From Microcoleus sp. (GTDB lineage: Bacteria; Cyanobacteriota; Cyanobacteriia; Cyanobacteriales; Microcoleaceae), in contig JAYFMW010000010.1 of the NCBI GenBank assembly GCA_042408215.1, positions 1-64,000 of the forward strand: a DNA stretch of 64,000 bases, given 5' to 3'. A program made the translations under genes and the position numbers. Positions 21,335-30,452 of this stretch are shown in pieces. Every line of letters starts with the position of its first letter. The stretch's first letter is position 1. The notes under the pieces are model-generated. The model was not told where the DNA came from and made no database searches. It worked only from the letters and a program-made list of their open reading frames with translations.

Positions 21335-22078
21335 ATGAATCCAATTTTACGATCGCCCGATCGCATTAATTTCCGCAGTCTGCTAACAGCTTTACTTTTA
21401 ACCTTAACGCTCGTTAGTTTTGTGGGACCAGGCCCGGCGGCGGCTCAAGAACAGCGGCTGAGAACGCTGACAGTTACTGGGCGCGGGATAGAAGTAATTC
21501 CCACAACCCAGACTCAAGTGCGCCTGGGTGTTGAGGTGCAGGGAAAAACGGCGGCCCAAGTGCAGCAGGAAGTGGCGAGGCGATCGTCCGCTGTGTTAGA
21601 GTTGCTGCGATCGCGCCCAGTGGAAAAACTCGAAACTTCGGGTATTAGTCTCAATCCCACCTATAGCTACGAAAACAACCAGCAGCGGCTGCTTACAGGA
21701 TATATTGCGACGAATACAGTTACTTTTGGCATTAATACTCAATCTGCCGGCACTTTGCTTGACGATGCGGTGAAAGCGGGAGCCACGCGCATTGACGGTG
21801 TGAGTTTTGTGGCCGCCGAAAGTGCGATCGAATCTGCTCAAAAACAAGCACTCCGCAAAGCAACCCAAGACGCTCAATCGCAAGCAGATTCAGTCTTGAG
21901 CGCCCTGAATCTCAAGCGGGGAGAAATTCTGAGTATTCAAGTTAACGGTGCTAGCGCGCCGCCTCCTGTGTACCGGCAATTTGCCGCTCGCGCTGCTTCT
22001 GCTGCTGATGCTACAACGCCGGTGGTGGGAGGGGAACAACAGATTGAAGCATCGGTGACTTTGCAAATTAGTTATTGA
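21335..22078 (+). CDS. SIMPL/DUF541 domain exported protein
   Basis: Signal peptide; TLTVTGRG, LLDDAVKAGATRIDGVSF and GEQQIEASV motifs; GAGGAG RBS before ATG 21335. Confidence 0.9.
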   Translation: MNPILRSPDRINFRSLLTALLLTLTLVSFVGPGPAAAQEQRLRTLTVTGRGIEVIPTTQTQVRLGVEVQGKTAAQVQQEVARRSSAVLELLRSRPVEKLETSGISLNPTYSYENNQQRLLTGYIATNTVTFGINTQSAGTLLDDAVKAGATRIDGVSFVAAESAIESAQKQALRKATQDAQSQADSVLSALNLKRGEILSIQVNGASAPPPVYRQFAARAASAADATTPVVGGEQQIEASVTLQISY

Positions 22079-22171
22079 TTGCGGGCTGCATTCTAATTGA
22101 ACCTAAAATGCGAGATATGGTTAGATACCCGACTTCTTGAAAAAGTCAGGTATCTGGTATTTTTTGCACTA

Positions 22172-22513
22172 TTAACCGATCGCAAACTCTGTATATTGTC
22201 GCAAATTCGGTGGATGAAATGCCAATACAAGATCCTCCCGCGAAACCCCAGCCTGCAAAAAATCTGTCACCACTCCATCTTCTGTCCAATCTTCCTCAAT
22301 CCAAATTTTTCCATCTCGCAATCGCACATGAATAGTATTTGTCTTAATCCGTTCTTCCCCCTGCCAACCAATTACCATCAATAAATAATGGTCATGTTGT
22401 TCGTCAAAAACCAGCACATCTTCTAGCTTTGAATTAGTCAATCTTGACCCTAATTTGTAATATTCTGTCAAAATTTTCTGAATCAAATGACGATAATACT
22501 CTAATTTATCCAT
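22172..22513 (-). CDS. xisI: XisI family protein
   Basis: MDKL..YR, FD..HDHYLL, GKIWIEEDWTE.GV and IVLAFHPP-type motifs. Confidence 0.92.
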   Translation of the reverse strand: MDKLEYYRHLIQKILTEYYKLGSRLTNSKLEDVLVFDEQHDHYLLMVIGWQGEERIKTNTIHVRLRDGKIWIEEDWTEDGVVTDFLQAGVSREDLVLAFHPPNLRQYTEFAIG

Positions 22514-22589
22514 TATTTTACCGCAGACAAACGATCGATCGCACATACCGTAACTTTACATAAGTTTCGATCGATCCCTAACTTTTAGC

Positions 22590-22618
22590 GTGACATAAAA
22601 CCAAGCGCCGTATATAAT
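22590..22618 (+). promoter_or_regulatory. Sigma70-type promoter of the DUF1778 gene
   Basis: GTGACA-N17-TATAAT. Confidence 0.6.
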
Positions 22619-22645
22619 GGAGAGACTAGATAAACCGTATTTTGT

Positions 22646-22939
22646 ATGACTAAAACTACTAAATCGGAACCGTCAGCCCTATTAGAGGCTCGTATCAGTC
22701 CAGAGATTAAAGCCCTTTGGCAAAAAGCCGCTGACTTAGAAGGACGTACCTTGACAGATTTCGTCATCGCCAGCGTTCAAGCAGTCGCTTCCAAAGTTAT
22801 TGAACAGCACCAAAGACTGAAACTTGACCTTGACGACAGCGAGGCTTTCGTAAATGCCCTCCTGAATCCAACCCAGCCGAATCAAGCTCTCAAAGCAGCA
22901 GCCTTGCGCTACAAAAAATTAAGGGTAGTAACTCATTGA
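22646..22939 (+). CDS. DUF1778 (TacA/AtaR-like) RHH antitoxin
   Basis: LEARI..KAL.QKAA.L.GRTLTDFV..AF..ALLNP..PN.AL..AA.RY pattern. Confidence 0.9.
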   Translation: MTKTTKSEPSALLEARISPEIKALWQKAADLEGRTLTDFVIASVQAVASKVIEQHQRLKLDLDDSEAFVNALLNPTQPNQALKAAALRYKKLRVVTH

Positions 22940-22941
22940 AG

Positions 22942-23400
22942 CTAAAAATTATGCTTTTTCAGGAACGCTTTCATTCCATCGGACAAAGGAGTCTCAACAT
23001 GAAAATTTCCAAATTCATTAATAAACTTAGCCCATGTATCTGATAGCAGCCCCTGTCTTCGCAAGTATGGATGCAACCAAATCCACTGGAGCGCGTAACC
23101 TGAAGGTCGAAGTCTAAAGCAGCACGCTCCAATACAGGGTACTTTAAATTCTTTGGAAAAGTGTTGAGCTTCAGGCTCAATCCAGAGAAATGCAACATGA
23201 TTGGGGTCTGTTTCTTCGCCTTCATAACCGTACTGAACAAAATCATACTTAAACTCACGACGGAAAAACTGTGCTATGCGATAAACGGCTTTGCGATAGG
23301 TTTTGGGAGACTTGGCAGTTACCTTAATTGGATTAAATAGATGATTGCCACTGATTAAAGGGCAAACTATATCAGTAGCTTCAGGCTTGATTGCACGCAT
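22942..23400 (-). CDS. Hypothetical GNAT-like (Eco1/ESCO-type) acetyltransferase
   Basis: IGACCF ... WIWLHPYLRRQGL (acetyl-CoA motif A) ... PLSDGMKAFL. Confidence 0.6.
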   Translation of the reverse strand: MRAIKPEATDIVCPLISGNHLFNPIKVTAKSPKTYRKAVYRIAQFFRREFKYDFVQYGYEGEETDPNHVAFLWIEPEAQHFSKEFKVPCIGACCFRLRPSGYALQWIWLHPYLRRQGLLSDTWAKFINEFGNFHVETPLSDGMKAFLKKHNF

Positions 23401-23631
23401 TGATTCGATTTCGTGGGTTTGGTGTTTTTGAAACTGAATATATGAATTGTAATTGAGAAAACCTCTTTATATACTGCCGAAGCGACTCCAAGATGAATTC
23501 TCGGTGTTGTGAAAGCCCGATCGCCCAACTGGGCCCAGGCCCCAGAACCACAGACACCCCCACAACCTCAAATTACTACCGGATTGGCGATCGAAGTGAC
23601 AGAGATCGACTAAAGTAAACAGAAATTATTA

Positions 23632-24828
23632 TTGGCGGTGATTAGAGTGATTGAAACTTTAGCAACAGGAATCGCAGCAGCAGGTTCGCTGCTGGCCTTA
23701 GGCGGGTTGGGCCTGGAGTTGAACTATCGCCTGCTTCCCCGTGGAAATAAACTAGAACTCACAGCCGGAGAATGGCACTTAGCCATCTCCGAACCCAACC
23801 ACTACCTGTTGGTCGGGGAAATGGAGTTCCGCAACCTGACAAAGCGGTTTGAGATTATGTTACCGTCCGTGCGCGCTGGAGTGAAACTGCTGTCAGATGG
23901 AAGTTTAGATGATGTTACTTCCAAAACCAAGGTAATTCCTTGCCACAACGACGCATCAGCTAGAGCCGACGATTACTGGTTCGGCTACATCGTGAAAGCC
24001 CAAAAAACCACGAAAATCAAAGTCTCTGTAGAGATTCAGGGACAAGATTTAAGCAAATTGCAGTCAGCTTGGGTGCAAGTAAATTATGTCACCTACGGCC
24101 CAGGCGGCCGCATCCCGAAAGTCCGCCACGTAGTAGTACCCTTGCAATTTCCCAACTCCGAGACAGTACCAAATGCCCGCAATGTCGGAGTTGCCGAAGT
24201 TTTGCCGATTCGTACCCACATACTGACGGAATTGGACCATCCCGTCGAAATTGTCAAGCGTTACGTGCTACCCCGCGCCCAGAAAGGTGATATTGTCGCC
24301 CTAGCAGAGACTCCCTTGGCTTTGATGCAGGGACGTTACCGCCATCCCAGCGAAGTCAAACCCGGATGGGCGGCTAAGCGAGTCTGTTTGTTTTTCTTGC
24401 CCATGTCGAGTTTGGCTACAGCCTGCGGGATGCAGACTTTGGTTGATGTAGTGGGGCCTTGGCGCGTAGTTGCAGCATTTGCGATCGGCGCTGTGGCGAA
24501 AGTATTTGGCAAACCGGGAGTCTTTTACCAGCTAGCAGGGGAACAAGCCAGGCTGATTGACGACGTTACCGGGACTCTGCCTCCTTTTGACCAATTTATC
24601 GTGCTGGGGCCGGACAATCCTCAGCAAGTTGTAGAAGAAATTCAACGAGAAACCGGACTTGCAGCGGCGATCGTAGACGCTAATGACTTGAAAGCAGTTA
24701 AGATATTAGCAGCGACCTCCGATTTATCGGTAACATTTTTAGAGCAAGCCTTGCGTAGCAACCCCGCAGGGAATGCAGATGAGCGAACACCGGTGGTTGT
24801 AATTCGACCCCTGCCAAAGAACTCTTGA
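23632..24828 (+). CDS. F420-0:gamma-glutamyl ligase (CofE)-like domain protein with N-terminal TM
   Basis: LPIRTH, ETPLA.MQGR, IDDVTGT, IVDANDL and NPAGNADERTP motifs. Confidence 0.8.
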   Translation: MAVIRVIETLATGIAAAGSLLALGGLGLELNYRLLPRGNKLELTAGEWHLAISEPNHYLLVGEMEFRNLTKRFEIMLPSVRAGVKLLSDGSLDDVTSKTKVIPCHNDASARADDYWFGYIVKAQKTTKIKVSVEIQGQDLSKLQSAWVQVNYVTYGPGGRIPKVRHVVVPLQFPNSETVPNARNVGVAEVLPIRTHILTELDHPVEIVKRYVLPRAQKGDIVALAETPLALMQGRYRHPSEVKPGWAAKRVCLFFLPMSSLATACGMQTLVDVVGPWRVVAAFAIGAVAKVFGKPGVFYQLAGEQARLIDDVTGTLPPFDQFIVLGPDNPQQVVEEIQRETGLAAAIVDANDLKAVKILAATSDLSVTFLEQALRSNPAGNADERTPVVVIRPLPKNS

Positions 24829-25033
24829 GTTAAAAATTAAAAATTAAAAATTAAAAAGGTGATTTGGCATTTTTAATTCTTAATCTAGGAAGAAGGGGAG
24901 GAAAAAGCAAAGTTTTAAGTTTTGAATTAATCACAGAAAATTCACAGCTCAAAACTCAAAACTTCCCTAACTCTTCCCCTTTTGAAATTTTTGATTTTTT
25001 AGTTGATAATTTTCCATTCCCCACTTCTCTGCT

Positions 25034-26362
25034 ATGACTTCATTTCCTTCTCAAAACCAAAACCAGGTTGTGATCCGCCCGTTTCAGTACCGCGACATCG
25101 ACGCGATGGAACAACTTTGCGCGGAAACAGCCGATGAGCCAGAAAATCGCAAGGGCCCAAGCTGCGACTTGGTACTGGGCAGAAAGTTGCAGCAGATCCG
25201 CCGCTGGTACGGACTACTCAAGATTTTCGCCTTGTTTCCCAACCCTTGTCAGTACCTGTTCCGGGCTCACGTTGCTGAAGAAGAGGGCAGGGTTAAAGGC
25301 GTGATTCAGATTTCTCCTTTTAACCGCACCCGCAGCACTTGGCGGATCGATCGCATCGGTGTAGACTCCGAAGCCCGCAGCAAAGGCATTGGTTCGATGC
25401 TGCTGCGGCACTGCTTTGAGGCGGTATGGGAGGCGCGGACATGGCTGCTGGAGGTGAATGTCGGCGACAAATCAGCCCTGGCTTTGTACCGCCAAAATGG
25501 GTTTCAGCCTTTGGCCCAGATGACTTATTGGACGATCGCCCCGGATCGACTGCAAGAAATGGCCTCGGCTATGCCAGATTTGCCCAACCTGCTGCCGGTC
25601 AGCAACGCGGATGCTCAGTTACTTTACCAACTGGACACCGCGTCTATGCCACCCCAGGTGCGCCAAGTATTCGATCGCCATATGCAAGATTTCAAAACCA
25701 GTTTTTTGGGTGCTTTGATCGAAGGTGTCAGACAGTGGCTAAGCAAAACAGAGGTAGTCAGCGGTTACGTGTTTGAACCGCAGCGGAAAGCCGCGATCGG
25801 CTATTTTCAGGTGCAGCTATCCCGCAACGGTCATCAGCCTCATGTCGCCCAGTTGACGGTACACCCAGCCTACACTTGGCTTTACCCTGAATTGCTGTCT
25901 CAGATGGCCCGCCTCGTTCAAGATTTCCCGGTTCAAAGTCTGCACCTGGCTTCGGCCGATTATCAGCCGGAACGAGAAGCTTATTTGGAGCAATTTGGAG
26001 CTGTGCGTATATCCCACAGTTTGCTGATGTCTCGATCGGTATGGCACAAATTGCGCGAGTCTAAGTTGGGATCGATCGAAGGGCTTCAGCTCTCCGATGT
26101 GTTGCAAAGCTTCCAGCCAACTCGCAAACCAGTACCCGGTAGGATGTCCTGGCTCGGCCCGATGGCTGAGGAAGCGGCAGCCGGACAGGCTGCTGCGCCT
26201 GAGATTAAGCCACTGTTCGCTGATTCGAGCAACGGGCGGGCTTTGGGGGTTAACCCCTTGGGCAGCCAGAATTCCGAATCAGCAGCAACTGATGGCAGCA
26301 GCATTTTGCCTCTGAAATTGTCGGATTTGCCGAGGGACGGCGAGTGGCCGTCAAGCATCTAA
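25034..26362 (+). CDS. Tandem GNAT N-acetyltransferase
   Basis: ARSKGIGS motif A, ALALYRQNGF; second degenerate GNAT domain. Confidence 0.85.
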   Translation: MTSFPSQNQNQVVIRPFQYRDIDAMEQLCAETADEPENRKGPSCDLVLGRKLQQIRRWYGLLKIFALFPNPCQYLFRAHVAEEEGRVKGVIQISPFNRTRSTWRIDRIGVDSEARSKGIGSMLLRHCFEAVWEARTWLLEVNVGDKSALALYRQNGFQPLAQMTYWTIAPDRLQEMASAMPDLPNLLPVSNADAQLLYQLDTASMPPQVRQVFDRHMQDFKTSFLGALIEGVRQWLSKTEVVSGYVFEPQRKAAIGYFQVQLSRNGHQPHVAQLTVHPAYTWLYPELLSQMARLVQDFPVQSLHLASADYQPEREAYLEQFGAVRISHSLLMSRSVWHKLRESKLGSIEGLQLSDVLQSFQPTRKPVPGRMSWLGPMAEEAAAGQAAAPEIKPLFADSSNGRALGVNPLGSQNSESAATDGSSILPLKLSDLPRDGEWPSSI

Positions 26363-26629
26363 TTTCTGAGGGAGAAAGTAGAAAAGATGCCCATTCTACA
26401 TGGGTGTTAGGTGCGCGAAGATCGTCCACAGGGGTTGACGTTGCACACCTAAATTTTAGGAGATTTTGCGATCGCCAATCTTGAACTTGAGCGGAACAAC
26501 TCGCCCAAACATTGAAGTAATATTTGGCCCGGTTCTTGTCAATGACTTGGCGACGCGATCGGGCGATCGCAACTTGACAACTTGCTGTCACCATTTATGT
26601 AGATTTTAACTAAGGATGAGGCTTCACTG

Positions 26630-26896
26630 ATGAGCAATTTCAACATTCGCAAATTAGAGGGAACGCCGAATTGGATGCGTTTCGCACCCTACGTAGCCCT
26701 TGGCATTTTACTATTTTCTCTCAATTCAGCAAGCGAACTCAATTATTTCTTGAGAGGCTACTTTGTCATTCTAGAAGCTCAAGCAGGTATAGTTCTGCTG
26801 TATTTTGCGATGTCTAAGTTTCGCAAACACAAAAATATAGCAGATGTTGAAGGAAGAATTAAGAAGGAAGAAGGAAGAAGGAAGAAGCCGATGTGA
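26630..26896 (+). CDS. Small membrane hypothetical protein
   Basis: Two hydrophobic segments, GAGG RBS; tail runs into a GAAGGAA repeat. Confidence 0.65.
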   Translation: MSNFNIRKLEGTPNWMRFAPYVALGILLFSLNSASELNYFLRGYFVILEAQAGIVLLYFAMSKFRKHKNIADVEGRIKKEEGRRKKPM

Positions 26897-27030
26897 AAAT
26901 GCCATAAAACAATGGTTTCAGTAATTAAAAACTTCCAATTTACCGAGAAGGTTGCTATAAATAAGCCAAGATTAGTATAGTCTAGCGCGATCGTCAAAGC
27001 TGAACTTGAAAAACTGGGGTCAAGGAAAAA

Positions 27031-27378
27031 ATGGTGAAAGATAGAACCGTAGCAGTTGTGTTAGCTTTCTTTTTAGGAGGCTTTGGAGGTCACAAATTTT
27101 ATTTAGGAAATAACTTAGCAGGAGTATTATACTTGCTGTTTTCTTGGACATTAATTCCGTCACTGATCGCATTTTTTGATTTTCTCGGCTTGCTACTAAT
27201 GTCGGAACAAGTTTTTCAAGCACAGTACAATCCGGGTATGTTGCAGTCTGGACACATTCTCAGAGCGGCAAAAGATGTGACTGGGGCGATCGGCGACCTC
27301 AAAAGACTTTATGATATCGGTGCAATTACGGCAGAAGAATACGAAGAAAAACGCCAAAAACTACTGCGGGATTTGTAA
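27031..27378 (+). CDS. TM2/NINE domain protein with C-terminal SHOCT
   Basis: LAFFLGGFGGHKFYLG; L..LYD.GAIT.EEYE.K...LL. Confidence 0.9.
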   Translation: MVKDRTVAVVLAFFLGGFGGHKFYLGNNLAGVLYLLFSWTLIPSLIAFFDFLGLLLMSEQVFQAQYNPGMLQSGHILRAAKDVTGAIGDLKRLYDIGAITAEEYEEKRQKLLRDL

Positions 27379-27422
27379 TTACGAAGGAAGAGGGAAGAAG
27401 TCAGAAGGAAGAGGGAAGAGCG

Positions 27423-27619
27423 CATTGGTGTCAACTTAACGTCAAACGTAGTCACAGACTGCTGTTTGAGCATTAAAGCCCGATCCCCCCTAGCCCCCTG
27501 ATAGTCGGGGGAGACCGGAAACTTCTTTAAGTCCCCCTTAAGAAGGGGGATTTAGGGGGATCGAGACTCAGGTAAAAACGAGATTTATCAAGGATTTTAG
27601 TCTTAAGTTGACACCAATG
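27423..27619. mobile_element. Complete MITE (family B), 197 bp
   Basis: Perfect 17-bp TIRs CATTGGTGTCAACTTAA/TTAAGTTGACACCAATG; flanks GGAAGAGCG/GGAACAGCG (8/9 match, probable target duplication). Confidence 0.88.
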
Positions 27620-27697
27620 GGAACAGCGGAAACCCACCCTTAAAAAAGTGGGATGGGAATAAGTGTAAAATAACAGCTATTTAAGGATAAAAATAAA

Positions 27698-28402
27698 GTG
27701 TTTCAAGATTTACACTGGTTGCGTCAAACTCCAAATTGGGTGTGGTATTCCTTCGTTCCTGGCTTCGGGGGATTGGCAATTTGTTATGCCGGCCACAAGT
27801 CAAATATTCGCAGTTGGATTGGGTGGGGTGCTGGCTTTACTTTAGCAGCACTAGCGGTATCTTCTTCAGCTAATTTTGGCCTGCTCGTTTGGATAGCTCA
27901 AATTGTCACTGCCTTTTCTTTAAAAAAGCGCTATCTAATCAAAACAGCACCTAGAGGTTTACTGGTTCCTGCAACTGCGATAAATGCAGAAGAACTGGCC
28001 AACCTGCGCGGCAAAATAGATATTAACGAGTGTACCAAAGATGATCTGGTGAGAGTCTTGGGATTGCCGATCGTCTATGCTAATGATATTGAATCTTTGC
28101 AAAACGAAGGATACATTTTTACCCACGCCGAAGAGTTGTCAGAAATAGCCGGAGTTCCAGAGAGTCACGTCAAGCGGATCGCCCCGATGATTTGTTTCAG
28201 CTACAATTATCAAAAAGAAGCGCGTTTAACTTGGAAACGCTTAAATCTACTTTCGCCAGAAGAGTTGATCGAAAGCGGTTTAGACAGAGTTGTTGCGGAA
28301 AAAATAGTTAGAGAAAGGGAGAGCAAAGGCGAATATAAATCAGTGATTGATGTGAAGCGGCGCACGGGGCTGCCTTTTGATTCCTACCGCCATATTTGTT
28401 AG
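27698..28402 (+). CDS. Membrane protein with ComEA-like helix-hairpin-helix repeats
   Basis: N-terminal TMs; KIDINEC, LSEIAGVP and A.KIV.ER..GEYKSV.DV HhH motifs. Confidence 0.85.
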   Translation: MFQDLHWLRQTPNWVWYSFVPGFGGLAICYAGHKSNIRSWIGWGAGFTLAALAVSSSANFGLLVWIAQIVTAFSLKKRYLIKTAPRGLLVPATAINAEELANLRGKIDINECTKDDLVRVLGLPIVYANDIESLQNEGYIFTHAEELSEIAGVPESHVKRIAPMICFSYNYQKEARLTWKRLNLLSPEELIESGLDRVVAEKIVRERESKGEYKSVIDVKRRTGLPFDSYRHIC

Positions 28403-28427
28403 TTTGCAGTTATTGAGCCTGAGCTTG

Positions 28428-28612
28428 TAGGGGCGGGTTTTACAAACAATATCTAACAAGTATCAACAATCTCAATCAACCCGCCCAACCCAACCATAAA
28501 TTCCAATCTACCTGGCCTTGTAGGGGCGGGTTTTACAAACAATAATTGCCTAAAACTAATAATCTCCTATCCTTCGGCACTTCGACTACGCTCTGTTACC
28601 AGCCCCCGCCCA
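28428..28612. repeat. Two GTAGGGGCGGGTTT...CCCGCCC REP-like elements
   Basis: Repeated GTAGGGGCGGGTTTTACAAACAATA with downstream CCCGCCCAAC. Confidence 0.8.
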
Positions 28613-28625
28613 ACTAAAAAACATT

Positions 28626-29099
28626 ATGACCACAAAACTAGATGTTAATCCACAAAAATTGTATGATACGGATTACCTGAAATGGATTGAAACCACTGTG
28701 GAAAAGTTGCGGTTTCGCGACTATTCAAACATTGACTGGGAAAATCTGATTGAAGAAATAGAAGACATGGGGCGAAGTGAACGCCGGAGTTTGGAGAGTA
28801 ATCTTGTGGTAGTTCTCATGCACTTGCTGTGGCAATTTCAACCAGATCAAAGAAGCGGTAGTTGGAAAGGTAGTATTGCTGAACACCGTAGAAGTATTCG
28901 CAAAAGTCTCCAGGATTCCCCCAGTCTTCAACCAGATCTTGAAAGGGTATTTTCTGAATGCTATTCGGATGTAATAGAACAAGCAAGTGCTGAAACTGGA
29001 TTGGCCATAGAGACATTTCCGCAATTATGCATCTACACTTTGGCTGAGGTTCTAGATGCTAACTTTTTGCCAGAGTTTTTGTCAGATGAAATGATTTAA
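28626..29099 (+). CDS. DUF29 family protein
   Basis: LYDTDY..W, IDWENLIEEIEDMG, SW..SI.EHR and SPSL motifs. Confidence 0.92.
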   Translation: MTTKLDVNPQKLYDTDYLKWIETTVEKLRFRDYSNIDWENLIEEIEDMGRSERRSLESNLVVVLMHLLWQFQPDQRSGSWKGSIAEHRRSIRKSLQDSPSLQPDLERVFSECYSDVIEQASAETGLAIETFPQLCIYTLAEVLDANFLPEFLSDEMI

Positions 29100-29287
29100 A
29101 AGTAGCAGGGTGAGAAAACTCGATCGCGCGCTACATCCCCGCAGCACTTAAAGTGCTGCGGGGATCTGGGTGTTGTGTTTTTTTTAGGTGGGTCTACTTA
29201 CTACGCTTGGAATATTGGTGCTATTCTACAGAATTATTATTGAAGCGTAGAACCACACGACAGTAGGATACCGCTAAAATCACACTT

Positions 29288-30301
29288 ATGTCTGACTCTC
29301 CTCCATCCCAAATTTCCCCTGAATCCTCCCCAGATAGTACAGCTACAGACGACCGCAGTGCTAAAACTCGGCAACTGTTGGGTATGAAAGGGGCTGCTAG
29401 CGGGGAAACTTCCATTTGGAAGATTCGCTTGCAACTGATGAAGCCGATTACCTGGATTCCCCTAATTTGGGGCGTGGTGTGCGGGGCGGCTTCTTCTGGT
29501 AACTATACTTGGAACCTAGAGAATTTTGCGATCGCAGCAGCTTGTATGTTGATGTCAGGGCCGTTGCTGACAGGGTACACTCAAACTTTGAACGATTTCT
29601 ACGATCGCGAAATCGATGCCATTAACGAGCCCTACCGTCCAATTCCCTCCGGGTTGATCTCCATTCCCCAAGTAGTCACGCAAATTTTGGTATTATTAGC
29701 CGCAGGCATTGGGGTCGCTTGTGCTCTAGACTTGTGGGCTGGTCACGAATTCCCGATCGTGACTGTTTTGACTCTCGGCGGCGCATTTTTGGCTTACATC
29801 TACTCTGCGCCCCCGTTGAAACTCAAGCAGAATGGCTGGTTGGGAAATTACGCCCTGGGTGCTAGCTACATTGCTCTGCCTTGGTGGGCTGGTCAAGCTT
29901 TGTTTGGTACACTAGATCCTACCATTATGATTTTGACCCTGTTTTACAGTTTGGCTGGGCTGGGAATTGCGATCGTCAATGATTTCAAAAGTGTTGAGGG
30001 CGATCGCCAATTAGGGTTAAAATCTTTGCCAGTGATGTTTGGCATCACCACCGCAGCTTGGATTTGCGTGTTGATGATCGACATATTTCAAGCCGGGATT
30101 GCAGGCTACTTAATTAGCATCCACCAAAACCTGTACGCTGTCATCCTGCTGCTGCTGATTGTTCCCCAAATCACTTTTCAAGATATGTATTTTTTACGCA
30201 ATCCTCTGGAAAATGATGTGAAATATCAGGCAAGTGCTCAGCCTTTCCTAGTATTGGGTATGCTGGTAGCGGCTTTGGCACTTGGTCATGCTGGTTTGTG
30301 A
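29288..30301 (+). CDS. chlG: Chlorophyll synthase
   Basis: LMKPITWIP, NDFYDREIDAINEPYRPIPSG and NDFKSVEGDR UbiA-family motifs. Confidence 0.97.
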   Translation: MSDSPPSQISPESSPDSTATDDRSAKTRQLLGMKGAASGETSIWKIRLQLMKPITWIPLIWGVVCGAASSGNYTWNLENFAIAAACMLMSGPLLTGYTQTLNDFYDREIDAINEPYRPIPSGLISIPQVVTQILVLLAAGIGVACALDLWAGHEFPIVTVLTLGGAFLAYIYSAPPLKLKQNGWLGNYALGASYIALPWWAGQALFGTLDPTIMILTLFYSLAGLGIAIVNDFKSVEGDRQLGLKSLPVMFGITTAAWICVLMIDIFQAGIAGYLISIHQNLYAVILLLLIVPQITFQDMYFLRNPLENDVKYQASAQPFLVLGMLVAALALGHAGL

Positions 30302-30452
30302 AAAGTTCTGAGTTTGGAGTTTTGAGTTAAACAGTTTTTAATTCAGAATCCATAATTCAAGAATCTGTGCAATTGTATTGAATAAAAATGTCAAGTTAAA
30401 AATTAAAAATTGAAGAGGGCTAGCCTTTTTAATTTTTAATTTTTAATTTAAA

